Part shown: positions 45,943-58,397 of the stretch, piece by piece
How positions within the stretch are numbered: position 1 is the first letter of the stretch
Layout: each line of letters starts with the position of its first letter
Origin: Klebsormidium nitens
Taxonomy: Eukaryota > Plantae > Klebsormidiophyceae
Reading direction: 5' to 3'
Length of the DNA stretch: 64,000 nucleotides
NCBI GenBank assembly: GCA_000708835.1
Contig: DF236968.1
Coordinates: 186,001-250,000, forward strand
Made by a program: the position numbers and the translations under genes
Notes under the pieces: generated by a model
Told to the model about the DNA's origin: nothing
Database searches by the model: none
Seen by the model: only the letters and a program-made list of their open reading frames with translations

Positions 45943-48900
45943 ATGGACACAGCCGCTCTGCCCATCCCGCCTTCGTCCCGTGCAAAGCTGTTTGCCGCAG
46001 GGTTCCGCAGGTTGGCAGACCTGAGAAAGATCAGTGCCGTGGAGCTTGCAAAAGGTGATTATTGTTTTTACCAGGTGACCAAGCTCTTTCAAAATTGACC
46101 AGATTTTCCCTCCGGTTGAGGGGTATTTGGTGGTTACTTTCAATGATGTCGGTCAGCTGAGCAAAGTTCTGCTCTGATGCAATAGAAATGCTGCCATTGC
46201 AGGCAAGATTCAGGAAAGATGTATCCCATACACAGTCGCAGGGTCAGAGGTGTTAGGAGTCTACTATCTGGCTCTTGAGATTGCTTCAATCATTGTGTTG
46301 ATGACAGTCAGTTTGGTGGTGGTGATTGAGTAAGTGTATCTGAAGTGTTCGCAATGATCAGCCTACGAACCACGTGATTGATCATCTAATTCAATCCATC
46401 AATCCATCAATCCAACAACATGCAGCCCGTGTCAAACACTACTCCTTGCTTAGAGGAATGATCAGATGGATTGATGTATTGTTGGATTGATGGCTTGGAC
46501 ATCAATTGATTTACTCTGATAAAACTCATGGAACCGCAGCTCTCTCTTCGATCATACTTGCATATCTGGCTTGACTGAAGACTGGTGGTGAGCTTGGCGA
46601 CAGAAAGGGGAAAGGAGCAATTCAACGGGACTCTCCCCATGACTTGCCTTGAGCGTCGTTGCATCCAATATTGAGAAGCAAAGCTGTTTGTTGCAGAAAG
46701 TGGCCTGAGCCAGGAAGAAGCTCTCCACATCCTGCGGGTGGTCAATCCAGCTGGAGACAATGGCGCAATGGCTGGTGAGTCCTGGCCCTCTTCTTCTCAA
46801 TGCAGCGCACTTTGTCCTTTATCTGGGAATGTAGTATCTTCTTCTTTGGACAGACTCTCTCCATTGCGGAGGCCTTTCACTGTTCTGCTCATTTACAAGT
46901 ATGTTGTCCCTTTCGTACCATTTCCTTGCTGCGAAATTGTGAGGTAACACAGGCTGTCTGTGGCGACACTGAAGATTGAACAGCCTTAATTATTAGTTTC
47001 AAGGTTTGTGAAACCTTTGCCCTGCAGGTGCCAAGTCAGCGTTGCAGATCTTGCAGATTGAGAAGAAGCGCCGGAGGATCACAACCTGCTGTGAGACGCT
47101 GGACGAGATCTTGGGAGGGGGGATCAGTCCACAGGAGGTGACTGAAATTTGTACGCAGCAAAAGTCTCTTCCTTCTAGCGCACCTATGACACGAAACGCT
47201 GTACAAATCTGCGAGTTTGTTTAAGCTGTCAACAGGTTAGCACCCAGTCATGGGCGGGTCTGAAAGATGTACTGTAGCAGCCGCATCTCAAGCATGTTGA
47301 TTGCTTCCAGTACAACTGAAGTCCACCAGAAGGAAGATTATGCACCCCAACATGTTTTCTGATTGCATGGCCATCAAACTCTTCCACCAGAAGTGGTAAT
47401 CTGTCCTGAATAACTCTCTATTGAAAGGACGACTGATCAGTGGCAGCTGATCAGCAGATTGTTCCTGCAGGCGGCGTGCCAGGCGTTGGGAAGACACAAC
47501 TAGGGTGCGTCAAAATTTTGCCCTTGCACCACCTCCTATCTTCCATTGACCCGTTCACCAGCACCTTCTAACTTCTGTTTCCTGCACGGCCCGAGTCTGC
47601 TTTGCGTTACTCTCTTCTTGCATGGAATACCATTGTTTATTGCTTGCCGAGTTTCAAAACACAGAGTTGCGTAGTATTGGTGTCCGAAAGCCATCGAAAG
47701 AAATTCAAACACGTCCACATTGTTACAGATCCGAGGTCCAAAGCTGACGCAATGTGGTTCTCACACCTATTTGTACCAAATTGATGGTGTGGAGTTACAG
47801 CTGCTAAGGGGTCCGTTAGGTGTCTTTGTGGTGCAGAATCCAGTTGGCCATCTCGGTGCAGCGGCCAGAGGAGCTGGGAGGACTCGCTGGGGAGGCAGTA
47901 TACATTGGTGAGAAATGTTACCACGGGATTTGGGTACTCTCAAATTGATCCCTCGCGGGACTTGCCGACTGGGTGTTTCAGTTGCTCTTGAATCGAAACG
48001 CTCCGCTTTAGCCCTTCCAAGCAAGATTACAGGATCGTGATCTTCTTCTTGTTCAGATCTTTCGTCACTTTAAAGCTCCCTCGTCGTACCAAATGATGGC
48101 CGAAGTCAGGATTCTGCCGGGCAGCCTTTCTTTTAAAATCAGTCCCTTTCTGCATCCCATGAACAGCAGCGGATGAATCCCAGGGCCGAAACGGAGCGTT
48201 TCGTTCCGTATCAGCTGTGAGAGAATCGGAGCTAGGCCCCCTGTCTGAGGCCGGTTTGCACGAAACAGGCACCAATGTTAACAATTCGGAGCCGGTTTTT
48301 CGGAATCGGGCCCTGTTTGGTGCAAACCGGCCTTGAACAGTGGCCTAGCTCGGTTTGGCTCCGTTGTGGTGCCAAGGCACCCTGTGCGTGTATCGGAGAG
48401 CTTTTCAGCGATCCAATTACACTGACGAAGTTATTTATCGAGTTGAAAACTGGCGGTCGATTGGAACACTGCCAAACCCATGGGCAGCATCGTTATTGAG
48501 GGAATCCCGCGTGACCTTCGCTGGCCAAAGGACGTCCTTTCAAGGTGCTTTGCCTTCTGGTTATTCTGCTGTCTGCTTCTCCCTCTCTTCCCCGCCTTGG
48601 ATCTTGAAGTCCCTTGCTGTCGCTTGTCGTATCGCTCAAGTGCCATTTCCAGTCATTTTTGTCTTCGTAAGCATTCCGGAAAAGCTGCAAATTTGGAAGC
48701 ATTACTTGTTCAAGACACCACATCTTGGCGGAGCCGATATTTGAGAAGGCAGACGCCTCGCTCATTGGACCGAAATTGGTTTGACGTTGACCAGACAACC
48801 CGACAACCCAGAGCCAGAATCCTAGAGCCTTCCTCTGCTAGACACTGATGTTGGAGCGTGTTTCGAGATTGGTAGACCCCAGTTTCTCAGGAATGTCAGT

Positions 48901-51900
48901 CTTAGACCCCAGATTTAACATCTCCAGAACCATAAAACCCTAACCCCAACCCTGCCCTAACCCGATTCTGACCCTAACGGCTCAATCCCCAGACACGGAG
49001 GGCAGCTTCATAGTGGAGCGTTTGCTCGAGAAGGCGGACGCCAATTTCCCGAGAGTTTTTAATCTAAACCCAGAATCCACAGCTCTATAGCCTTCACATC
49101 CTCATCCTAACCCCTCCCCTTATCGTAACCGAATCCTTACCCCAAACACGGAGGGCAGCTTCATGGTGGAGCCCGTGCTCGAGATGGCTTACGCTTAACA
49201 CACGGATAGCACTTGTCCAGAAACCTAACAGGCTAAAAATCTTGGTAAGCCAAAACATAGTTAACAAAACCCAAAAATAACTGGAGAGGGTTCACATTGG
49301 ACTTTCCGGAATAGATTATCCTCCTTCGAAAACACGGAGTTACTGCAATGACGGAAGCACACGTCATGGTCCGGAACGCGCTTTGCCAACGGTCAATGTT
49401 TCGAACCAAAAAACGCTTTCGGCATCGAGGATCGGTCCAAAAGGTCCTCGATAAAACATGTTTTCGAAAGGCGGTCGGCGACCGCCTTTCGAAAACATGT
49501 TTTACGATTGTGACGCCCGTCTCGGCGATCGAGTGGCTCAAATTCGCCTTCCGCGCGGTTCGCCCGAAAGCTATGACGTCAAAATGTACCAAGTGTACTA
49601 GTTTGTACAACCACGTGATCGCACGTGGTCTCTGGTGAAACTGGTGATGCATTCGACAGGGGTTTTCCCAATGTGAACCCAACTTCGGAACTCGTTGGTA
49701 CAACGTCACACCACGTCATCTGGGTACATCTCAAAACAAAGCGAAAGTTGATTGAAAGCCCAATGTGAACCCTCTCCTGTCGCTGTCGCCAGATACGGAG
49801 GGCAGCTTCATGGTGGAGCGCGTGCTCGAGATGGCGGACGCGTGGCTGGCGGACGTCCGGCGGGAGGCCCTGTCCGCACAGGAGCCGCACCTGGAGGCCA
49901 GCACTTCGGGGCTGAGCGCCGAGACTGTTCTTTCGAGCATCCACTACTACAGGGCCTACGACTACACGGAACAGCTGGCGGTCGTCAACGTGCTGCCGCA
50001 GCTGCTGAAGCAGCATCCGAAGGTGGGGTTGGCGTGTTTGATGTCGTGTGATTGGAAGGCTGGCGAAGTTTTTGTTTGTTGGGAGGGTGAATGGTCTTGT
50101 AAGGCTGGAAAGAGCCAACGTTTCCGCACGGCTGGAAGGATTAGCATCCGAAGGTAGGGATGGCGCGATTGACGTCCTTTGCCTGGAAGGAGTCCATAAT
50201 TTGTGTTACTTAGGAAGTTTGAAGGATCATGTATGCTGGGGAGGGGGAGGGTACCCTTTTGGCTGGAGGGACTGAACGACTCGTAGGAGAAAAGTCTCGC
50301 ATGACCCCGGACTGCTGGAAGGTGAGAAGAATCTTACCCTTTTGGAACGTGGATCTCATCTTGTATGTTCGAAGGAAGCGAGGTTTTCCGTGAACTGGTT
50401 TTTGATGCGATTGAGCGAATGTGAGCAAAGCGGTGGGAAGGAGACGTTCAAAGTGGGACGGATTGCCCTATATGAGGAGCGTCCCTGCTCCTGTGCTCAA
50501 CTGGCGTGATACCGTCCCTGTCTTTCAAGATCGAAAAACAAGCTGCAGCATCCATCACATGCGAGATGTATTCTTTTCTGGTAGAACGGCTCTGGAATGC
50601 CACTTACTTTCTGTCCAATCCCTGATATTGCGGCAATCCTGTGTCGAGCCTTCCGACTCTTTATCTTCTATCGACCGGACAGTCGAGGATTGTCTGCAGC
50701 AAGAGGAACTTCCCAAACTGCCCGCTCAAGCGCCGTCGAACTTCCGCTACAGATTCGGCTGCGGGTCATTGACAGCATAACATCTCACTTCCGGCAAAAA
50801 CCTAGGGACACGGAGACTTAGATGGACAGTGTGAGGTTTCTTTTCCTTGATGTCATTCACTGGCAGAATCTCTAAAGTCCTAAAAGTTCAAACCCCCTTA
50901 CTTCGCAAACCTGGCTGCTGATTAAAAACAGCGAGACATGCTTCCGCTGGCATAATCTCAGGCGGAGCGCAAATGCACGACGGGAGACACTGCATATCGC
51001 ATTTTCTTGGTGAAAATTGATTACAGATTGTTCAAAGCCTGAATCTTTCAGCACCCCTACACCCTCGCAGATCCGACTGCAGGTCGTCCACGGGGCGACC
51101 TTTTCTTCGGGCAGAATGCAGGGGAATGAAAACATACAGGGGAAGGGATCCCGCAAGTTGCTTGATGAAATGGGTGCAAATCACTGCTTTTCGAAACCCT
51201 CGATTCTCATCCCTGAACCCTTCTGAATCTCCTACGCAGATCCGGCTTCTGATCATCGACAGCGTGACGTTCCACTTCCGGCAAGACTTCGACGACATGG
51301 CGCTGCGCACGCGCGTCCTCAACGGGATGTCACAAAAGCTCATGCTGCTCGCGGAGAAGCACGACGTCGCGGTAAGTCGATCGGCTGCAAGCTGTTGTCG
51401 TTTGGGTTAGAGCGCGGTCAACCTCACAAAGAGTTTGCAATACTTCTAAACGAGGCATCTCGGAAGAAATAGCTCCAACAATGCGCTCCGAAAAGGTGCC
51501 TAAAGCAGATGTACGAAAGCACATCAAAGGAGCCGTCGCATCGCTTATAGTCGACAAGTACGCACTAAAAGGCGTCAGATCAGGGACCTCGTATCACTCA
51601 TTGTTCGCCTGTGGCCCATCTTCTCATTGATCTGTCGCAACCGCGGGTTCGCATCCATTGTGCTGAACAACTAACAGGTGCAATTCGCAAGGAGCGCAGA
51701 GCCACCGCCCCTAGGCATCTTCGCGGTTACGGGTACCAAAGTATCAAGGGGTTCTTGAGATGCGGTTTGCTGATCCTTCAAATCGGGCGCAGGTCGTTCT
51801 CGTGAACCAAGTCACGACCAAGGTTGTGGGGCAGAACCAGTCGAAGCTCGTCCCGGCTCTAGGCAAGCTACCCCGCTCTTTTTCCTGTCTTCGTATTATC

Positions 51901-52663
51901 CGTTCGATAATAAGAACAGTTCCATCGTTCCACTCCATGCTTTCGTTTCGCCCTGACGTGATCCGTGGAAATTAGGAAGTGACCTTCGTTGCCCTTTAAT
52001 CACAAAGTCATGTATCAGCCTGTTTTTTATCTGTGGAAGCTTATCTTCGAAAATTGCTTCCTTGTGCACTTCTCCTGTGCCTGTCTAAATGATGCGGGAT
52101 GTGTAGCGACCGTCTCTGCAAGGTCAGCGGGAAAATCAGTTTTGAGACTGAATTAACTATGATCAAGCAGAAGCAAGCGGCCTTACCCTGCTCTGTTGAC
52201 CTCACGCTCTCGCACCTTTGTCGACAACATGACATGTGAAGCCGTAGCTTCACATTGCTGAGCGCCCGGAATGAGCAACCCAGAAAGCTCGTACCTGAAT
52301 ACGAGTCATTTTTCCTACTTTCTTGGTCCGAAGTCAAGTCAGTTCTTCCCATCCCACTCGCTCTTGAGTGGAAGCTGCCATAAGAATCGGTTGAGAGCTC
52401 GATGCTATTCGCCTACTGCAGGCGAGAGCTGGTCCCATGCGTGCACGAACCGCGTCATACTGTTCTGGATGGAAGGGCAGCGTTACGGGCACATTTACAA
52501 GTCGCCCTCCTTACGGGCGGGGACTGCTCCCTACTTTGTAACGACGGAGGGCATAAGAGCCACCCCTGCAACCAATAAGCGGCCATGGCAGGAGCAGTCA
52601 GCGTCACCAAGCGATCTCGGCTCTTATCGAACTGAGGAGTTGGGGCTCTCGGTGGCAACCTGA
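45943..52663 (+). CDS. RAD51C: RAD51 paralog C (9 exons, ~363 aa)
   Basis: Exons 45943-46054, 46697-46774, 47028-47150, 47471-47504, 47837-47907, 49793-50022, 51240-51371, 51793-51862 (GC donor), 52422-52663. Walker A GVPGVGKTQLGIQLAI, AVYIDTEGSF, Walker B LLIIDSVTFHFR, and VVLVNQVTTK...PALGESWSHACTNRV. Confidence 0.95.
48830..51300 (+). repeat. RAD51C exon-6 and exon-7 boundary copies
   Basis: A(C/T)ACGGAGGGCAGCTTCAT-like starts at 48842, 48993, 49146 and 49793 (functional). The donor echo GCATCCGAAG|GT ends at 50022 and 50153. cag|AT(C/T)CG...-like starts at 50753, 51071 and 51240 (functional). Confidence 0.88.
49452..49504. repeat. Perfect 26-bp inverted repeat with a 1-nt spacer
   Basis: TAAAACATGTTTTCGAAAGGCGGTCG-G-CGACCGCCTTTCGAAAACATGTTTTA. 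Confidence 0.95.
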
Positions 52664-53391
52664 CGATGCGGTTTTCTGCCATCCGTTCAACATGTCGTCA
52701 CATACAAAGTATCACTGTTCTTACATCGACGAACGTAGCCACTTGGCCATCCCGCTTAACCTAACCAATTTGCACAAGTCTTAATCCACGCTCAGAAGAT
52801 GCATGTTTATATACACGGCTTGATACGATGTACCAGGGCACATTTGTGATTGACAGACTCGACAGGATGGGCCGTTGCAAACCCGCGAGACGGATGCAAT
52901 AAGTTCATGCATGGCTTCTGCTGAATGGCCGGTTCGACATCCAATCAGGACCCTGTGAAGACAATTAGCGGCCGGTCAGGCCTGGACTTAAGGATAACAC
53001 ATATACAGGATCCCAATGATTAGTTATATCAGCCGCGCGAATCCATGGGCCTAGCTATTCAGTTGCACACACGACCCTAGCATAACAAGTGAGCCTGGAC
53101 GAAGTTGGCGGCAGTGCTTTCTCAATAGCCCAGTAAGTGCACGTCACTATACCATGATGATGCACATGACGCAACTTGCTCTGTGTCATGAGCCAGTGTA
53201 CGAGGACGCGCTTAACCAACTTTTCAAACCGCTTACACACCACGCAGAGAGTGATCCACACACTTGATCACTGCAAGTGAGAAGACGTCCAAGGACAAGT
53301 TGCGCAGCTTAACCACACTTTGGCAACTGATCAAGTTCGTCTTCTCTTTGTCCAACAACCTGATCACTGCATGACCAAACACAAACACTTT

Positions 53392-54486
53392 TTACACTAC
53401 CGGTTCTTCTCCTGCCGCCTTCTTGCGCCGGCTCGTCCAGAACGCAGCAATGGCAGCCGTGAACAGCCCCGCTCCAGCAATCAATGCGCCTGCATAGCCG
53501 AGCTCGCACAACGCCGTCACGATCGCCCCAGCAATCATGACCCCCGCAAGGTTGGCCGCGATCGACTCCCAGAATGGCAACCCGAGAAGATGTGCCCCAA
53601 TCGCCCCAGACCATGCCCCAGTCAGCGGCAGCGGGACAGCCACGAACAAGGTTAACCCGAGGGTTCTGTACTTAACCAGAAGGTCAGCCCGGCTGCGCGT
53701 GCGCTTGAAGAGCCACTCAAAGAACTTCTTGGCAAGGCCGCTGCGCTGGACGAGCCAGTCGGAGACCTTGCCGACATAAGCGATGACAAAGGGGATTGGA
53801 AGCATGTTGCCAAGGACCGCTAACCCGTACACCTGGATGGGTTTAAGGCCTAACCAGTAACCAACTGGAATCGCACCCCGGAGCTCTACTACTGGGAGGG
53901 CAGCCACCAAGATAATCGTGACCCAGTCCGGCAGGCCAAGAGACCGGAGGGCGACAGCAATTCTCTGTCCGAGGCTGAGGTGCCCGCCGCCTGGGGGGAC
54001 GATTATGGTGTTCAAAGGAGGGGGGTCCGGCTGGACCGCAAATGCGGGGCCGGCGAAGGCCGACAGAAGGAAAAGCAGAGGGATAGCTAGGAGAGCGCTT
54101 CGAAGGACTTTGTGAAAGAAGAGCTCATTGGTGGGGGCTGGGGGACTATTCGACGGGGGGAAGCTGCTAGGCCCGTCCTCGCAACTAGGAAAAGAAGACT
54201 GCGGCGCTGCCGTACTGCTTTGTGCTTGGTGTTCTGACGTGCTCCCCTTGCATGGATAGTTTCTCGACCCCCTTTGCTCCGCTACACATTGAGGGCCCGC
54301 AGGAGCTGCCCTGCTATTGACCCCAGAAAAACGTGTCCTCCATAGCTTCTCATTTTGTGGGATAGTGTGGAACAGAATTTGGCGTCCCTCGCAGGTGCGC
54401 TTGGCCGCATGTTTAAGCTGAGTGTCAGTTTGAGGGAGCCGGAGCTGCACCCCTGCCAAATGCTGAGAGGACCAGCTGAGAGCCAT
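53392..54486 (-). CDS. Putative small multi-drug export family membrane protein, probably plastid-targeted (intronless, ~364 aa)
   Basis: The first ATG is at 54486 (the ORF track starts one TTG codon earlier). Transit-like N-terminus, then LPVVELRGAIPVG, GNMLPIP, FVAVPLPLTGAWSG and several hydrophobic helices. Confidence 0.88.
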   Translation of the reverse strand: MALSWSSQHLAGVQLRLPQTDTQLKHAAKRTCEGRQILFHTIPQNEKLWRTRFSGVNSRAAPAGPQCVAEQRGSRNYPCKGSTSEHQAQSSTAAPQSSFPSCEDGPSSFPPSNSPPAPTNELFFHKVLRSALLAIPLLFLLSAFAGPAFAVQPDPPPLNTIIVPPGGGHLSLGQRIAVALRSLGLPDWVTIILVAALPVVELRGAIPVGYWLGLKPIQVYGLAVLGNMLPIPFVIAYVGKVSDWLVQRSGLAKKFFEWLFKRTRSRADLLVKYRTLGLTLFVAVPLPLTGAWSGAIGAHLLGLPFWESIAANLAGVMIAGAIVTALCELGYAGALIAGAGLFTAAIAAFWTSRRKKAAGEEPVV

Positions 54487-55204
54487 CAATCAAGCTCTAC
54501 TGCTATCCTTCCGATTTGACTGTTGCCCCCCACAGTACCCTCCAGATATCCCCTCACCACCCAACCACCCAATAGCAAGGGGAGGTGTCTTTCGGGTGTT
54601 GGGCGCGCTTTCGTGCACAGCAGGGCTGAATGCAGGCTGTGACTCTCAGCTGCGAAGAATCTTCAGTGCACTTCAGAGAAGCAATGCTGCCAGCTTATGC
54701 GCGCAGCATCCCTCTTCTCACATGCTTTGCCCAGCAGAACCGCAAAGATCCTCAAGAGGACCACCCCCGCCCCTGGGCCCTGGCCCACAGTGGTGCAACG
54801 TTCTAGCAAAGCTCTTCCAGGACTCCGAGGAGTGATGTCAACAAACTGTGTGCGCCACAATCAGCCGCCACAATTGCTGTTTTCAAGGGTCCCTCAAGCG
54901 CAATGCAGACTCAGTGCTCGAAGGTGCTCCAAGCTTGGGCTTCGACGCCTATGCACCTTTGACACCACTTTCCGATCATCGAACGTTTCACGTCGATATG
55001 AACACTCGTGTGTCAAAACCATCGGCTCTTCTTGTGCACACAGTTCTGCATCTTGGAAATACCAGTACTTCAAATTCAATGCGCTTTCATGGTGCACCGT
55101 GCAGCGCTTGTAACTTGTATAAATGCTTGTAAGGAGGGACCAAAACCACGTAGCTTGCGCTGTCCCAGTTGGCACCACCCGCCTCGCTTCAATTTCTCGC
55201 CAGC

Positions 55205-58200
55205 ATGGCCCAGACTTTGGCAGCAAAGAGCTGCTGCTTCGCTGAACAATTTATCATGAGCAGGCACAGCCCCCAATGCCGAGGTCCAGAATTTCCGTCT
55301 CCAAGGTTCCCTCCAAGCAGACAGTCTGTCGCAGTCTGCAATCCAGTTTCTAGGAGAGGTGAACACGGAATAGAGAGATTGCGAAAACAGAGGCGACCTT
55401 CGCAAGTTTGTGCAATTGGGGCTCCGTCAGGGGGCGTGGCTCCAGAGGACGACAGTGCGAGGATAGAGGGGATGAATGTTCCAAAGACTGGGGGCGAAGA
55501 GCAGGTACCACGCTCAAAGGCAAGTGCCCTGGCCGACGATGCGCCTCGCTGAGGTTGAACATTCGGGATAGTGATTCTCCACTTCCTTGCCTTCTCGTTT
55601 CCCCTTTGGTAAGTCAAACAGTCCTCAAAACCAGCTCAACTGTTACAGCCCCAAGGCCCTTTAGAAACCCTCAGTCAAAGCGAAGGCCTCAATCAATGCC
55701 CCTTGATACTTTTGGAAATTCATGTTAGCAAGTGGGTCAGCTGAGCAAATGTTTGTGTGCGTGGCTCTGTTTTTGTCCTGGGACAAATGTAAGTAAACCA
55801 CTGATGGTAGGAGACCCTGCCAGTGGGATAAGCGATGGGCGCAAACTTCACTTGTTGTGACTTTAAAACCAAAGCAGGCTCCCCCGGGTTGCCCACAAAA
55901 CCACAGATTGTGAATTAGACTTGTGTGAAGGGCATCAGCCTTATACTCTGTAACGCAAATGTGCGCATCCCCTGATTGAGAAGTCTGTCAAAGAGATTGG
56001 CAAATTCTGACCGCCTGAATGTGTCCCATTGCAGGAAGGTGGTTTCAAAGGCTGGTTCCAAAACCTGCAGGTAAGCCCTCTTTATCCATGAAAACGTCAT
56101 TCCTTGTTGATTGTGAATACTTGCTCCTCGTTGCGTCCTCGTCTCATTTTCGAGTCCAGGATCGGACCTTTGGAGAAACCAATCTCCATATGCAGCTTCA
56201 GTATCTGCTGTATACCGGTTAGTCAATTGTGGACCCTGATACACCCCGTTACTTTTGAATGAGGTCCACCTCCCACTACTGCTGGGGTTGTAACAGGGCA
56301 CTAAAGACTTGGAAAGACGCTTTTGGGTTTTCTCTCTCAGAAGACAATTATAGACGGGTTCTCTTTGGCACTTGTAGCTAGGAAATCTGCCCTAGCTCGC
56401 TTCTGTACATTTCGACAATATTCGATCATCCTTCCCATCAAATACGGTTGGTGTGAACCAGAGCCATGTCAGACTGCTCAGACTGGCCCTGCTTGTGGTG
56501 CAAATCGCCACAGAAACTTCCGTAGTAAAAGCTCCCGTGAGTCAGGACCTTTCAGAGTCTACTTTGCCTGCCTTCCTTTAAGCTGCAAGATTACACTCCA
56601 AATCTGAGGAAATAGTGAAAAAACTTTCTCACGTCTTCGCCACCAGGAATCAAACACCAATCATGAGTCTAGTGAGAATAATTTCTGATGCAGATCATTG
56701 CTTCCCTGCATCATTGGCGTTGCGGCAGCTTGCAATCCAAAAGGGAAGGCTATAGTCACTTTGCTAAGGGGTTCCTTCCAAACGTTTTTTAACCGCCGTT
56801 CTTAACCCTTCGTTTGCAGATGGACGCAAAGGCTGCGCGCGCACGGGTTGCAAAGCTGGGGTTGGCCGCAGTCCTGGCGTACGGCCTCCTTGACGGCGTG
56901 ACATATACGGTCGCATTTACTCTCGCCTTTCTGGGGTACGAAAAGAGCACGGGGCTCAATCCCGCTAGAAACCTGAAGTCGCTACTCGGGGTGAGTTTCT
57001 TGCTCGCTTCGGTATTGTACTTTAAAAGGGCTCGATTCTACTTTGTCTGCAACCCGAACTACGAGTTCGAAGTACATGGAATGAAACCGTCATGCGAGGT
57101 TGAGAAATTGCAAGCGTATCGGAGTTCCGTTCGCTTCAAGCTTTCGAGAATGAATGGCGGTTTTTTGCGGCCGGTTCGCATAGCCAGCCTTCTGACCGGT
57201 AGACTCTCGTGAACTTCCTGAAAGACTGACGTGTGCCCTCGTCTGACTTGGTTGATAACTGCGGGTCGAATAACTTGGGACTGAACGGGTTTTGACGTGG
57301 AAGAGCATGTTCGCATTTTGATCTCATTCCGATTTCTGTGGAGGAGACGATTATGCTCATCGCGTCGCTTCTCCCTTTACTTCTTTCGTAACGAAGTTCG
57401 AACGCCAATTTGTCAACCGATCTTCAGTAACGTAGCTCTCAGGAGATTTCAGATTGACTTTTTCGACTTGCAGAGCAGACTGGCGGTCAGGTTCGCTGCG
57501 CTTTAACAGCAGACTCTGCCGTTTGTAGTCTCACACTGTCCCACACTGATGACCGAAAGTGGTAGCTGGATACCTCTTGTCAAACCTCTTAAACGAATCG
57601 CAAACATGACCATAAACCTTTCCAAGGCGAAGGCACAACCGAACTCCACTGTTGCTGGTACTTGCGCTGGCCAACAACGCGCCCTGGCTTGAACTTCTCG
57701 TGCGTCTCTGTTGCAGAGTGCGAAGCTCTGAAAGCTTACCTGCAGCATCCCTTTGCTTTCTAAAGTCTACTGTGTAAAGGTGTACATGATCCTCAAGGGT
57801 TAAAAGCACGAAGTATGCAGTCTTGGTTGTATTTCGCCCCATGTTCTGTGGATCCACGCTCTCAAACCCCTTTTCATTCCCGCTTGGTCTAGTCAGAACC
57901 GAGAGGGCGGACTGCTTAAGCACAGGACAGCCTACTGGCATCGTGCTTTCTTGAAAGTACCACACACAATACCTCTCCGGTGTCCCTCGTGGAAATTGAC
58001 GGCTTCTGAAGAAGATGCAGACCATGGCTGCCAACGAGTTTCCTTTTCCGGACTTGATGCATGGAGCCACTAAACCCCCGCGGTTCCCAGTAGTGTGCAG
58101 CCCTAAGTATCGAGATGGCCGCAGCAACGCGTTCTGACCCTCGTTCGTGGTCTCACAGCGTACAATATTGTGTTGCAGATTGTCGTACTTATGTGGACGT

Positions 58201-58397
58201 CAAACAATGTCACCCGGCCTCTTAGAGTCACGGCGGCCGCTGCGGCTGCCCCTTTCGTCGATCGCTTCCTAAAACGACTACAAAAGGCATTGAACCTGCC
58301 AAATCAGATCTTTGCATTTGCAATAACTGTGGCGGTTGTTGCCGGCACATGCTTATCTGTGGCCGGGCTCTTGATTCTATCCCGACTAGGCACTTGA
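55205..58397 (+). CDS. Conserved plant-type plastid membrane protein of unknown function (4 exons, ~241 aa)
   Basis: Exons 55205-55504, 56035-56070, 56820-56990, 58179-58397, all phase 0 GT-AG. KLGLAAVLAYGLLDGVTYT...GYEKSTGLNP...LMWTSNNVTRPLRV...APFVD resembles uncharacterised land-plant proteins as I recall them. Confidence 0.8.

Noticed and set aside
550-58397. Cluster of bacterial-type genes (PSY, PII, LMW-PTP, FtsZ, small multidrug exporter) suggesting HGT or an operon
   Set aside because: Most have spliceosomal introns, all have transit-peptide-like N-termini, and orientations are mixed. They read as ordinary nuclear genes for plastid proteins, and such enrichment in 11 genes may be chance.
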